Source: Trichinella spiralis
Taxonomy: Eukaryota
Length of the DNA: 64,000 nucleotides
Assembly: GCF_000181795.1 (NCBI RefSeq)
Contig: NW_003526941.1
Coordinates: 5,991,008 to 6,055,007 of the forward strand
Reading direction: 5' to 3'
A model generated the notes under the pieces. That model worked only from the letters and a program-made list of their open reading frames with translations, did no database searches and was not told where the DNA came from. Made by a program: the position numbers and the translations under genes. Of the stretch, positions 40,950-54,492 are shown piece after piece (position 1 is the stretch's first letter; every line of letters starts with the position of its first letter).

Positions 40950-40962
40950 GTTGCCTGGTAAC
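40950..40962. promoter_or_regulatory. X-box (RFX/DAF-19 binding site)
   Basis: GTTGCC-T-GGTAAC fits GTNRCC(N0-3)RGYAAC and lies 105 nt upstream of the ATG of a ciliary IFT gene. Confidence 0.85.
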
Positions 40963-42411
40963 GATGGTCATTACCATTCAATTATATGCAACCATGTTAT
41001 TTTGCATTAAAGGAAATCGATTATTTTTCCACATTAACTCTGTAAAATCTGAATTGTTGCTTGGTCACATTGCTTGTTTTTCATTTTTTTAACTGACTAA
41101 CTGATTAAGTATTTTGTTTTGATTGACGTTAAGCGTATACCTGAAACACATTCAATCTGCATATTTAAGTGGACGTGTGTGACATTGTGTTTGTTCATCA
41201 GACTGATCGTGTTAGGCATGGCCAGTTTAGCAATAACGTAAAAAGGGACTTTGAGTGGAAAAGATGCCTTGGTTGTAAAAGTTACAATTCTCTGTTTTGG
41301 CCACTTTTAATTAGTTTCAGTATTAAAAGTGAATTATATGTTTCATTATCGATCCACCTGTCTATGTAAGGATGTTAATTTTGTTAATAAAAAAGTCTGC
41401 TTTCAGGATGCTTTTAATTTTATTAAACTGAACGGAAATTGACAGTTATCATCTTTTCCCGAATCATGTCAATGAAAATATAACAGTACTGCAGTATAGT
41501 TTTATTGCATCTTTTCAAAACGTTCCTATTGATACAATAATAATTTTTTTAAATTCTTTTCTGTTAATATAATTTATATGATATTGATTGATTGATTGAT
41601 TGATCAGTTCTGTAAAGTTCAGAAGTTATGACTTGAGAAGAAATTGGGCTTTTTTCATTTATAAAAAAATAATAATCAGTTGATGCTTTTATTGTGAGTG
41701 GAATAAGCGCTTTTGGGTAGTGCGTTATTTTTTTCAACTTGAAAGCCAGTATCACATATACGAATGCTTTTTAATAATGACGAGGTAATTAGTGGTATAC
41801 TGACTGAGAGTGAAAAGAATTTTTGTGTTCAGTTTGTTCCGATTCAAATTGTTTAAAGCCGTGAATAATAATTATTTACTTATTTTTATTTGGTTTTTTT
41901 ATCGCCGCAATCGATGATAAGTTTTCATTTGCCTATGTAAAAATTGGATCGACATTTCTGCTTGTTTGCTTTGCTTTACGTTGGAAAAGTTGAATTTTCC
42001 TTAAAAATACAAAAATATCATAACGTCAACTTTGAGGAGGATGCTTTAAATTTGATTTTTGCCAATATTATTATTATCACTTTGCTTTCTTCAAATAATC
42101 TTGTTAAAGCGTAATTGAAATGCTGCTGTTTTCGAGCAATTAAGCACTTATTGAAATTTAATTTCGTAAATGGAAAAGGTTTATTAACTTTATGCTTCGA
42201 TTTTGTAGAGGTAAATTTCTGAAATGAATCAAAAAGAATAACAATTTTTTCAAAGTAAAGGCTTAAAACTTTGTTTTGTTGGCTTGATTTTGCACTGACT
42301 GGTGTGAAACAAGCGTATGACGTATTTCTTTGTTTTAATAATGATAATGTATGAGAGATTGAGATATTTTTTGGGCACTCTGAGTTTTTTTTGTTAATCA
42401 ACCAACTGCTG

Positions 42412-43562
42412 CTAGCCGGTGTTGCTGATGTGTATTTTGCTTCGACAAATTTTGCATCTGACCGGTCCTAGGGGTTCTTTGATGTTCGTGTAGAATTTTT
42501 GAAAATAAGCACCAATCGTGACGTAAGCTTGGATAATTCGTTTGCGAATTTCATTTTCCATCAAGCAGTACAACCATAAATTAACTGACAACGTCATCGG
42601 ATCAACCATCCACATGATCATGCGCGTTTGGGCGCTGACTGAGCCCGTCACCAACGTGAAAATGGTCGACGGAATGGTTTTGCTCACCACAATAGCGACC
42701 AGTATGATTGAAAGCCTTTTCAGGACCGATTTTTCCCGTTTAATTTTCCACCTTCGAACCTCTGACATGGACGTGTTTAATTTTACAAGCACCGAACAGA
42801 ACGTGAACAAATACACCGCCACTGAGATGTACATGATCACGACCAGTGTTAAATCTTGCAAATGGCTGTAATCTTCGGACAACAAGTTGGTGACACTGCA
42901 AAATGGGGATATTTTTGTGTCGTATTTAAATATTCTGTACAAAGCAAGGGAAACGACGAAAGTTAAATTGAGCACGTTCGTAGCTAGAATTATGTGTTGT
43001 GTTAATTTTACGGTTATTTTGGAAGGAAGTCGGAAAAAAGTTATAGACACAAATCGATCTATTGCCAGAAACAGAAACAACAAAACACTTTCTGTTTCTC
43101 CAAGTTTGAAGCCGAACGTATACCAGCCAAAAAAGAAACATTTCCATCGTTCAATTTCTCCAATTCCGAATGAAATAATCACATACCTGTACAATGCCAT
43201 ATAAATGTAGCTGACTCCAATCATAAGCTGACTCACTGCAATTCCTAAATTTGACAACAAATTAATCTTCTGTTTTGTTGCTGTTAATCAATTGAGTTGA
43301 ATTTGCATACGGGTCATTCAGTGATGATAGTTTTAACATAACAGGACATATACAGTGGAAGAAGAAGTTTGCTAAATTGCCTACCTTCTGTTAGTAGCAT
43401 GTGTCTACGTTGGCAGATAGATTTAGTCATGGCTGCAAGTAGGAGACAGTTCATCGTTGTTATCAATATTCCACCGGAGAGATAAATTGAATTCGACGAT
43501 AAAATATATGCATGAAACGCTGCTATTTGTTCTGCAGTGTAACTTTGCGTGGAATTTTGCAT
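42412..43562 (-). CDS. Rhodopsin-like 7TM receptor (nematode chemoreceptor-like), 2 exons
   Basis: About seven hydrophobic segments, LAIDRF at the end of TM3, Cys in TM3/ECL2 and an N-glycosylation site (NST) at the N-terminus; a phase-1 intron joins MLLTE to ATKQKINLLSNL. Confidence 0.75.
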
Positions 43563-46500
43563 CGCATCCACAAGGAATAATGTAGTTGTTGGTCACCCAT
43601 AAAATGCGCTTTCCCAATTGAACAACACAATTTGATCCGTTTTCTACTTTGAATTTTTCTTGCACATTTTTGAATTTGCTTGAAATAATAAAACAGAAAT
43701 TGTTTTTATGAATTACAAGAAAAAAAAATTTATATACGTATGTGATATATTGAAACGGAATCCCAACACTGGTGAACAGTGGAGAAATTGATATATCATC
43801 TTTTTTCATGATAGCTTTCAATGTGAGTGAACTGTTTGTTGTTTTGCATATTTGTTGTACAAATTAAAGGCAATTAATCAGTAATAGAAACGTTCTCCAT
43901 CATAAACTGCACTGGGACTAAATTTCAATATAATTTTACTGTACTACTACTAGGTGAAAATGTTCTCCATAAGCATACTGAAAATAGTATACACAATATG
44001 TATTTTTTATTAAATGTGTAAAACAAAACCCACTTGTTAGTTCGACGTTCATCTGAATGAAGTGAGAGAATTTGTAAAATTGTCGTCAACTTGAAATTTC
44101 AAACTGATGCTTTTTCTTCTTCACATTAATTGTGGTCTGTCCTTATTATTACATGAGATAATTTTATGAATTCAAAGGTCTTTGATGAACGAAAATTATT
44201 TTATTTTTAATATCTAGCAATAAGTATATGATGTGTCATCCCTCAGCGAATAGGTCAAGAAGTGATATGAATACGGAGCATTTTAATTTAATATTTGAAG
44301 CGACTCGTTCTTCGCTAATAATTGTGGTCTGATTTAGCTTGAGCAACGAAATATTGCACTTGCGATATGTTTTTTAAATAAAGAAAATTAAAAAATGAAA
44401 TGTACCACTTTACCTTAATATTCAACACCGGAGACGTTGTTGTAGGAAAAACGTGGGCATATGAACGTGGCTTAAACAACAGACGTGCGTGCAACGTGAA
44501 ATTTTTATTACTTGAACTTGCACTTGACTAATTAGTAGCAGTGTTCGTAGGATTGGCAATAAAGTAAGCAGCGTTTTGATTACACTGGCGTTAAGTGAAG
44601 TAAATTTCAAGATTAAAAATTTCATTGGTTGTTATTCCATCATTCGACAAAGTTCATTATGCATACACATATATATTTATATATATTATCTAGATTATTG
44701 TATGTATTAGCTGAACTTTTGTATGCGTTGAAATAGTGAAGCAAATTTTCATGGCCCAGAAAATTGGTTAACATTCGTTTCAATGTATTATTACATTGTG
44801 AATTTGAAAGAACAAGTGATCACTTGAAATTTTTGTTTCAGAAATACTGTCTTTGAATGTATTTTTAAATCGAATTGTCGTTTAAGTATGCAATTCCATA
44901 GATATAATGTTTCAAATTGATCTTCTATCTTTTGCCAAAGCTTCACATTGTAAGAAAAGTATATGCTTTAGTAATTAATTCAACTTTTATCCATTTTATT
45001 TTTGAGCGTTTTTTGTATTTTACAAGTTCTGTTTTCACCTTTTTTCCAAGTATTATTGCAAATTACTCCTGCATTTGATTTGAAAATAATTGCTTATGCT
45101 TAAGTGTCAAACTTTAGGTGATAATCAAAGATTAAAAACATCTTCAATAATTACGCTTAACAAGTCCGCAATGACGCTTAACAAGCAGAGAATATTTTTC
45201 TATCTTTTTTCATTTGTCAGAAGTTTGAAATTAGGTTGCAAATTTTACTCGAATAAAATTGCTGTGAGTGAAGAAGTTTTAAGAATTTTTGGGTTCAAAA
45301 CTGTGCCTATCCAATTTTTTACCGCTCTCCTGAAAGCGCTTTCACATATTGATCTGGTCTGACAAATTGAAGTTTTTGAAAATTGTAATTTCGTCACTAG
45401 AAAAAGCACACAACTTTTCTTTAGCGCTTTTGAACAGAAAATATGAGCTAAATAGATTTTTTAAATGAAATCCACTGGAACGATATTTGAATCCAGAACT
45501 CTTACAGTGCTATTTATAAACAGAGGAAAAGGTAAGTGAAAAGTTTAATAATGATAGATTTTTTGCTTATTATTTAAATTATAATGTTTCAAATAGCAGT
45601 TTGACAGAAGAAAGAGTACATGCAAGATTATCTTTTGATTTTTATTCAACCGAGTCACTTTAATGAATTCATTTTGCGGAAATAGCATGAATATTATAAT
45701 GATCCAGTGAATGCTTTTTAATTGTACATTGCTTAACGCGGCATTGTTTCACGAGAAAACACTGACAATAGAGATGGTTTCTTTTCTTTAAAAAATCGAT
45801 TTTTTTTTCACAGAACTTATTCTGCTCAGTAAGTGATAATTGCAGATTTTGAAGTTTAAATAAAATTTATTTCATTTGATAACAGTCACAAAACATTTGT
45901 CTCGCGGCTCTGTCGTTTTCTAACTCTGTTATTCATCGCTTTACTTTTCATACAACAATTAGTTTCCAAGAGACTAGTATAATCTAGGCTGATTTTCCCA
46001 TTTTATATTTTTACATTTTGATCTTGAAATTTATCTGTTCTATGCAAATTACTGAGGATTTGTATGCAAATTTATTTTGTTTTGCATGCTTTCAAGTTTT
46101 AAAGAAAGTTATTCATAAATTGTGCATTTTTGAAATAATGATAATTTTTAGAAATATAATTAATTGAATTTCCATTTGAGTGAGCAGATATTATTTTTAC
46201 ATGTTATTCATAAAGTTAAATCTGTCAAGATTATGCAAACTGACAAAATCTTTTTAATATAACATGAAAATCATTATTCTTACTGTAATCACATATGTCT
46301 TGTTTAAGATGTTTTTCGATGTAGTTGTCTGTAATGTGAGGGTTTTTTTATTTTTACTGAGTTTGGATGCTAGAACTGTAAGTACAAAATATTTTTAAGA
46401 ATTAAATTTCCAATAATTCAATGTTTACTCTGCTTGTTGTAAAATTGCTACTGCTTCAAAACGTTTTAGTGAATTAAATTTCTATTAAGTACATAACAAA

Positions 46501-48699
46501 CACAGATGCATTATTTGAATTGTGAAAGAGTGGGAAAGAAATTTGTATAAAAAATAAGAGTGTACTTGCAAACAAATGCCATTATTACATTTTTAGCAGT
46601 GGAGTTGCGTCGAATGAAAGGCATGCTATATGGCATCAGATATAATGATGATACTAATAATTAATGATGTTTGATAATAATAATAATCATAATTACAAGA
46701 GATATGACAATAAGAATTACAATACCCCCCCACCCCAATTATTTAGGATAAATTATAGCAATATATTTGCTTAAAAGTGTTTTCATGAAAGAACTGTATA
46801 TCAATGCCTTGCATCTGCGAAACCTGAATATGCTATTAAATTTATTGGTAATATATTTTTTAAATAATAAATGTAATTTCATGTATTAATAAGTCATTTT
46901 TAATAATACATGAAATGATAAATTACCTAAATGATGCACGTTTATTACAAATAATAATATCAGGTAGTTTGTGATTTGTACTTGAGTTTCACAGTAAACC
47001 ATAGACTTCACAAGTCTGTCAGTTGGTGTAAAGTGGCTCAGTAGGACGTGCTTCTAATTGGACGGCTCTTGTTGACGTCATTTGCAGTCAGCTGTGTTTA
47101 CTATGTTGCAGAATGTGTTTTGTTGAATTCATCGTTGCTGAATTATTATCCAATTTTTTGAAGTTGATTTTGTTTGAAAAATGTAGTCGTGTAAATATTT
47201 TGGTATGGCAAAATGTCCATCTAGTGATTTTCAGTTGTTGTTGTGCATCACTTTGCAAAAGAACAGTTCTCTGAAAAGGAGAATGTTCTTCTTATCTTGC
47301 TTGATTCAGAATTTTTTTAATTTCGGTGGTTGTATAGGTTTTTTGTATAACTCAGTAAAGCATTTTTGAATTGTCATGCCTAATTGACGGCGAGTCGATG
47401 ATATCTTGTATAATGTGTGTACGTGTGTTTCTGTTTGCATGCGTATGTAATGCGCTTGACTTTTTATATCGGTCGTATACGATGTTGTCTTTTAAATATA
47501 AATATTCGATGCATTGTCTGTTTCTTATGAAGTATGGGTATTCAGTTGGGTTTTACGATTTTGTTAGAAAAATAGAAATAGCTTTCTGTTCGTAATTTGC
47601 TCGAAGCGAGTGTTTTTGTGCTCTTTTGATTTATTTCACTTTTTTCTTATCATTTCTGCATGATGGATTGCGATTCTATGAAAATTCGTATTCGTGAACA
47701 TCGTTGTTTGTTTTCATTCTTTTAGCCGTTTTTCGTGCAATTTTCGACGCCTGCTGTGCACATTTTTGAAAGGAACATTTGAAAACTACTCTGCACGGCT
47801 GTTTGTTGGTTACCCATCGATTGCCCTCATTCGCGCGCTATTCACACTTTTATCTGCTACTTAGCTGTATCTAGCCAAAGGCGTTCTTCTTTGTGTTATT
47901 GATTATTGTTGTTGTCGAGATGGTCAGTTGGACATTTTGATGAAGAATTTTCAGAAGAACGAATGGCTAGCACTGTTTTACTATGACCGATTGGCCTTGA
48001 GTATCGTTTTACTGTAGTTTGTGTTGTTTGCCTACGTTCGCAAGGGACGGTGAAGAAATGGGAGAGAGTTCGGGACGCGTGGTCGGTCCGCCGGGCGGCT
48101 GTATTGATTCGCGGTTCTTTGTTTCCGTGTGAAGTCGAATTTCTCAGTGGTGATGATCAATATGAATGCTGGTGAATTTGGCGCGTAGAACATTCTTCTT
48201 GCCTTGTCTCGTTGTCAGGCAAGAGGAGTTTTACTTTTCTTCTTCTTGTAAAACCCAAATGCACTGATTGTTCGACTTTACGACTTTATTTACGCCCAGT
48301 TTTACAGTTTTCTTTTTTTTTCATTTGGATACAGGACATTTAGTTCCCTGGTGAAGTGCAACAGGCGAATCTTGCTGTGCACTACTGTATTGTTTATGAG
48401 CAAGGCGTCGTAAGTAGAGGCTGCTGTTTGTCGCTTGATGCAAGCGGTGATTTGGACACCTGCTGTTGCGTGGTGGTTCCTGGTTTTGCCAATTTTCTTA
48501 CAACCTGGCCTCCGTGAATCGTTCACTGATCTCCGTTCGTTTGGAGGAATCCGAGGAAAGCGTCTGTAGCACAGTCGACTTGGATCCAACACGCGCTGTG
48601 GAAGGGACGTCCGCGGCGTCAGAGGCACGCGCGGTCCCGTCCGCCGGTCCTTCGACCGGGCATTGTCCATCCAGCCCCCCTCCGGTCAAGCGACCTCGA

Positions 48700-51088
48700 A
48701 TGCAAGATCATCTCCAAGTGGACGTGTCGGCCAGCACTGCATGCTCAACCACCGCTGGCGTCATTCCGTCTCCTTCTTCCTGCCATGCCGCATCTCCGAA
48801 TTCGGCTTCAATGACGAACACAATCACCTGCCGGTTGAAAAAGCTCGTCCACGCCTGCAACGGTACTTCGCCGCAGAACCGCGAAAACCGACCAGCCGCA
48901 TGGTCATCACAGCATGGTTTGCTGAAATCAGCCGGCCACTCACGGTTGCCCGATGCTGACCAAGAACTTGTCCGCATTGTTGCCCAGTATTTGAGAAATA
49001 TGGGTTTTAGGTATGTATTCTCTAATTTTCTTTTCTTTCATCTTATTTATTTATTTATTTGTTCATTGAACACTTTTCTGATTTGCATATTTCTTCGATT
49101 TCACAATCAAACCTGTTTCAACTTTTGTATTCTATAATTCTTTGTTATGCTTTTCATTATGTGTAGTTTCATGTTTTTGTCATCTTTTGATCACATTTTT
49201 GACGGTAGTGAAAATGCAATTCTGCTGTACATGCTTCATTTGTTATCATAGTATCATTTGTTTTATTTTGTCTAGTGTAGACTCTTAGGTATGGTTTTTC
49301 TTTGCTTTTTTTATGATGATGATGATGACATTTTGTCGTAACATTTTTAATTCATCTGGTGCTTGGAAGTAACGTGCGCAAACAATTTTTGCCTGTGGGA
49401 AATTGATTGTGATTGTTCTTTTTTTTTATTTTGTCATTCATGGGTTATTAGTTTTATGAAAATATTTTCTTTTTCATAATATGAGAATATTGTGTTGAAT
49501 TTTGTTTTATTCATAATTATTCTACATTCACTTGTCAGCTTTATTCTAAAAATGCAATTTTAATTAGCTAACATTTTGAAAAGGAATGCTTGCATCGTTG
49601 AACACCTGTTGCATATTTGACGTTCACGTTTTGCAGAAACTTAGCCGATCATCTTTATTCAACAATAATATATGCATATATATATATATATATACTAAAT
49701 ACTGTTCAAATGTGAATTTGTTGTTCGAATTGGATTGTGTTTTAGCAACGTGTAATTTTCGCATTTAGTAGGGGTTAATTGTTGCAAATGGAATGGCATT
49801 TTAGTAATTAAGAGAAAAATAATGTTGATAGTATTTTTGAAGAACAACTTTCATCTTTTCATTTTTCTACATATATGAGATTAACGTTATGTTAATATTG
49901 ATGTACACCGATATCGATTTTCCTTTAAAATTATTGGATGGTCAAGTTTTATTGGTTTTCGGAAGTTGAACGTAAAATATTTTTCCTGTTCTTTGTTTTC
50001 TTCCTAATCTCGTTTACGCTCAGAATTCAGCGCTGTTTAGTGTATAATATAGTCTGTCAGTTGTTGGTAGGGTCGATAAAGCGATGTCAGAATGAGTGAG
50101 AAGGAGAAAGAGAAATAAGCCTATTTGGTGGCAGTAAACAATCTCAATAAATAACTGAGATCTTGCTTTGTTGTGCTGCTGTAAGTTGTTGAAAGCACGA
50201 TTGATACTGCTTGCAATGTAAATTCTGTTGAAAGGTATTTTTACACAGGTGAGCAAACGGAACAGAATTGGAAATTGCAAAAAATAAAATACATTACCAT
50301 TTTGTTTTCGGAGCCACTACGTTACCACCAGTATAAATGAGCAGCAGAGTGAAGCTGAACTTAGGAAATATAATCATCAAACGTGCAAATGGGATGAAAA
50401 TTAGATGGGGATGTAGTTGGAAAAGAGGGGGAGATGAATTTTTGACTTTGTTGATTCGCTATCCAGGCTGTTTCTGCTTGTTAAAAATGATTGGAAAATT
50501 GGGTGTGGTAGTGGCGTTTTTGCTGCTTTTAGCGTCGTGGAACTTGTCAACAACTTTTTGCGCATATTTTAAAGTTCAGTTGGTCAGTTTTGATTCGGCC
50601 TGTTTTGCGGTTTTGAACATCAGCAATGGAAAATGCTGTAAACTGACGTGGACATGACTTCCCGATTTTTGTAGCACTATTTTATTGTTTGATGATCTTG
50701 TTTTCCACAAACTGGGCACGCAGAATGCCGTAACATTGCGTGATGATTATTTATTTTATTATATATAATAATATATGCATATATACATATATATATAATA
50801 CAACGAGCAAAACGCGGGCGGATGTTGTTTTTTTTTTCTCCATCTTTCTTTGATAAAATTGAAATGGTCAGTTGCATATGTAGCATCTAAAATGTTTTGT
50901 TAAATACAGTGAGGAAGAAGTATGTAAAAGTTAATTTGTTTTTTGCTTTTAAATGAGAGGAAATTTATAATTTTTCACTATTTTTATACTATCATTGATG
51001 ATAATGCATTTTATGATTTGATTGCATAATTAATTACTACTTATGTTTGTTATTTGTTTCTTCATTGGTCAGCATGATTGCAACTATG

Positions 51089-51146
<58 letters not shown>

Positions 51147-54100
51147 AGAGAGGGAACAGTTGTTATTCGCTGCTCCTGTTGCCGCTTAGTACGCGAGGCG
51201 ACAAGCTAGCATTGGCGCTATTTGCTATTGTTGATGCTGTTTACGGCTACAATTGTGTTGCTTTTCACACATCGTGACCGTAGTCGGTTGAACAATAACT
51301 AATAAATAAATAGCAAATCAATAGCGATTCTCTTTTAACAGATACTTGAAAGTTGACATTATTTATATGACAATATTTAATGTTGTTAATTTGTAAATTG
51401 ATAATTGATTTTAAAATGCAAAGTTGAAAATTTTGTTAAACAATACTTTTGAATTGATTTTGTTTTCTTCACTGTTGTAATCTAGTAATGATAGAGAATT
51501 GTAGAAAAAAGAAATTATAAAATTAGGAGAAATCACACATGATGATGAACTGATGCATGCAGATAGAGATTATGCTTCAAAAATTAGGACAGATCAATGT
51601 AGAAATTCAAATTAAATGGGCAATCTTGACATTATTGATAGATAATATAGATATGTTATGATTATGATCGCAATTGCGATTATGACAGATATGTTTTCAT
51701 TGAAACAAAATTTGTAGAGTAAATACGTATATGTATATTATTCGTATAAATAGCAGCAGCAGCAGCAGCTTGGGATTGTTTGTTGTTATTAATTAATGTT
51801 TAGTGAATGAAACATTTGCACATTTGTTGTAGTTTATTTATTTGGTTTGCAATTTTAGTGAAACGGTGAAAGTTCTTTCTCTGGAATCAGGATGTTCTAT
51901 GGAAAATCCTCTTGCGACCAAACTGCGAGAATATGTTTTCAGAGGACACTGGAATAGGGTAGGTAATTTTGATTGATATTTGTTCGTGCTTAATTGATTG
52001 CATAATTTTTTCCTCTTTGTATGTTGTGAATAATTTTAAAAGTTGCAATTTGTATATTTTTAAAAAGTTATTAGTTTTACAATTTTTAAAAATTTGACAG
52101 AAATATATAATAAATGTTTATAAAAAGTAAAGACAGTCATTATTGGGAAAAATAAAGAAGCAGAATTGTAGTAGTAGTAATAGTTGTTGTGTTGTTGTTT
52201 GCTGAGCTTCATGTTTGCATTTTGAAGGCGTTGAGAACGTTGTACGATTTGAAAGTATTTATTGAAAAAGAAGAAGACTTTGTTGAAATGCAATTCATGT
52301 TGCTGCAGCAAAAATTCTTAAGCCTTGTAGAAAAGGGGCGTGTTCTTCACGCGTTGAAACTTCTTCGCGATAAAATGTCAATTTTGAAAGTTGATCGTGC
52401 GAAATTGAACGCTCTGAGTTAGTAAGTGCTTTGATTTTAATAAATGCGAAAGTTTTCATTTTTAATTTTTTTTCATTAATCAAAATTGTATATACATCTA
52501 GCTTTGTTATGGCTAATAGCGCTGACGTGGTTAAGCATCCTGATTATACTGGTGGATCTGTCAGCGCTCGAGAAAATCTCATGAATGAATTGCAGAGTGA
52601 GTGAAAACGCACAGCTAACAGCGACAAAATTGATAATAATGGAAAAAAATACTAAAAATATGAAATGTCTACGATTATTATTTTTTTTGTTTTGTTGCCT
52701 CTTTTGTAGTGTTATAATATCTGTCATAGTATTATAGTACGATTTTCGATTAATTCTTTTTATTGTAGATTTTCTTCCGACTACTTTAATGTTACCTCCG
52801 CAGCGTTTGCAATCACTGATCAAGCAGTCACTGGAGTTGCAAAGACTCAGGTGCAGATTTCACAACAGGAGAGACACGTCCCCCTGCTTAGATATATCTA
52901 ATAATTCTCTGCTGTCAGACCACACTTGCAAAAAGTTTGTTTAAACACAATTTTATTCGCACGCACTCATATTATATCTATGTGTTTGTATAATAATATT
53001 GGTCACTTGATTTACAGGACCGATTTTCCGTGTCAAACGGTTCAAGTTTTGCTGGACCATTGCGACGAAGTATGGTACTGTCAGTTTTCGCATGCTGGTA
53101 AATTGTTAGCCACGGGATCAAAGGAAGGCGTCATTTACATTTGGGATGTCAATCTGAGCTCTAGGAGTGTAACGAAAAAGTTCACCTTGGATGGGCATTC
53201 TTTTGGTGCTGCATACTTTGTGTTTTCACCAAATGACAAATATCTGGCTTGTGTAGGTCCTGAAGATAGTCCAGATTTGTGGATTTGGGATACGGAAGTT
53301 GGTTGAATTTGTTCTAGTCTTGTCAGTGTATTCATTATTTAAAAATTGTGAATTGTAGACTGGTATTCTTCGGATCAAGATTACACACTCGCCAGATGAC
53401 AGTATCAGCTGTGTTTCTTGGCATCCCGATGGTACTAAAGTTGTTTGCGGTGGAACCAAAGGTCAATTTTATCAATGTGTGAGTTGTTTCGCTTTAATTC
53501 TTTTAAATTATTATTATTATTTATTATTAATTTTGTGAGCAACGATAGAGGTTGTCCATGTAGTTTGAAAAATTTGTTAGTGGGTTTGTTTGTTTGTTTT
53601 TTTTTAATAAATAAGAAATATTTTGCAGGATTTGGAAGGAACTGTTGTGGATTCTTGGGAAGGCGTTCGAGTGCGATCTATTCAGTACAGGAAAGACGGT
53701 CGTACTGTTTTAGCCGCCGACACGCATCATCGAATTCGCAGCTACTGCTTCGATGATCTCACAGATAAAACAGTGTAAGTTTTTTTTTTCATAAATTTGT
53801 TGACGATGTTTTTTACTTTGATGTTTATCATCACTTGCATATTTGACTTTGCATAGACTATAATTAGAGAAAACGAACCGTTTATTTATTGTTTAGAATA
53901 AAAGAGGACCATTCTTTAATGCATTTCTCTATTGACAAGTCAGAGCATTTTGCCTTATGCAGCGTTGCTAATCAGGGGGTGCATTTATGGGACCTCGAAA
54001 GTGGATCACTTGTACGCCGCTACCGAGGTGTCGTTCAGGGCTATTTTAACATATTCAGCTGCTTTGGAGGTGTGGATGAAAAATACGTTGCCAGTGGAAG

Positions 54101-54492
54101 TGAAGGTAATTTTAAATTATTCCATTTACTGAGGTCTCAGAGTTTAGTTTGCACAGAATGAGCATGAATTTTCTTTTCTTTTTTTTTTCGTTTTCTTTTT
54201 AACAGTGGGCAAAGTGTACATTTGGCATAGAGACGAAGAGGCTCCAGTTGTGGTTCTGAGTGGCCATTCGAGCGTTGTGAACGCGGTTTCGTGGAATCCA
54301 GCGGAACCGTCATTGTTGGCTTCATGCAGTGATGACGGAAGCGTCCGAATTTGGGGTCCTCACGAGTGCTGTTCCAATCCGGAGTCGTGCAGTTTATGCC
54401 GTGTTGGTATTGCAGAAGATGACAATGAAGTTCTTGTAGGGGGGGAGGAGATGGAAAAAAGTGAAAAAGAAGAAGACGATGAAGCCGCTTAG
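48700..54492 (+). CDS. WDR26: WD repeat protein 26 (CTLH/GID complex); possible non-AUG start at 48505
   Basis: Lis[123 protein letters not shown]. Confidence 0.93.
51091..51143. repeat. Perfect (AT)n microsatellite in WDR26 intron 1
   Basis: About 26 uninterrupted AT units. Confidence 0.95.

Noticed and set aside
44400..44531. Short ORF containing GDVVVGKT, resembling a small-GTPase P-loop
   Set aside because: Only 43 codons, with no downstream DxxG or NKxD motifs; likely chance.
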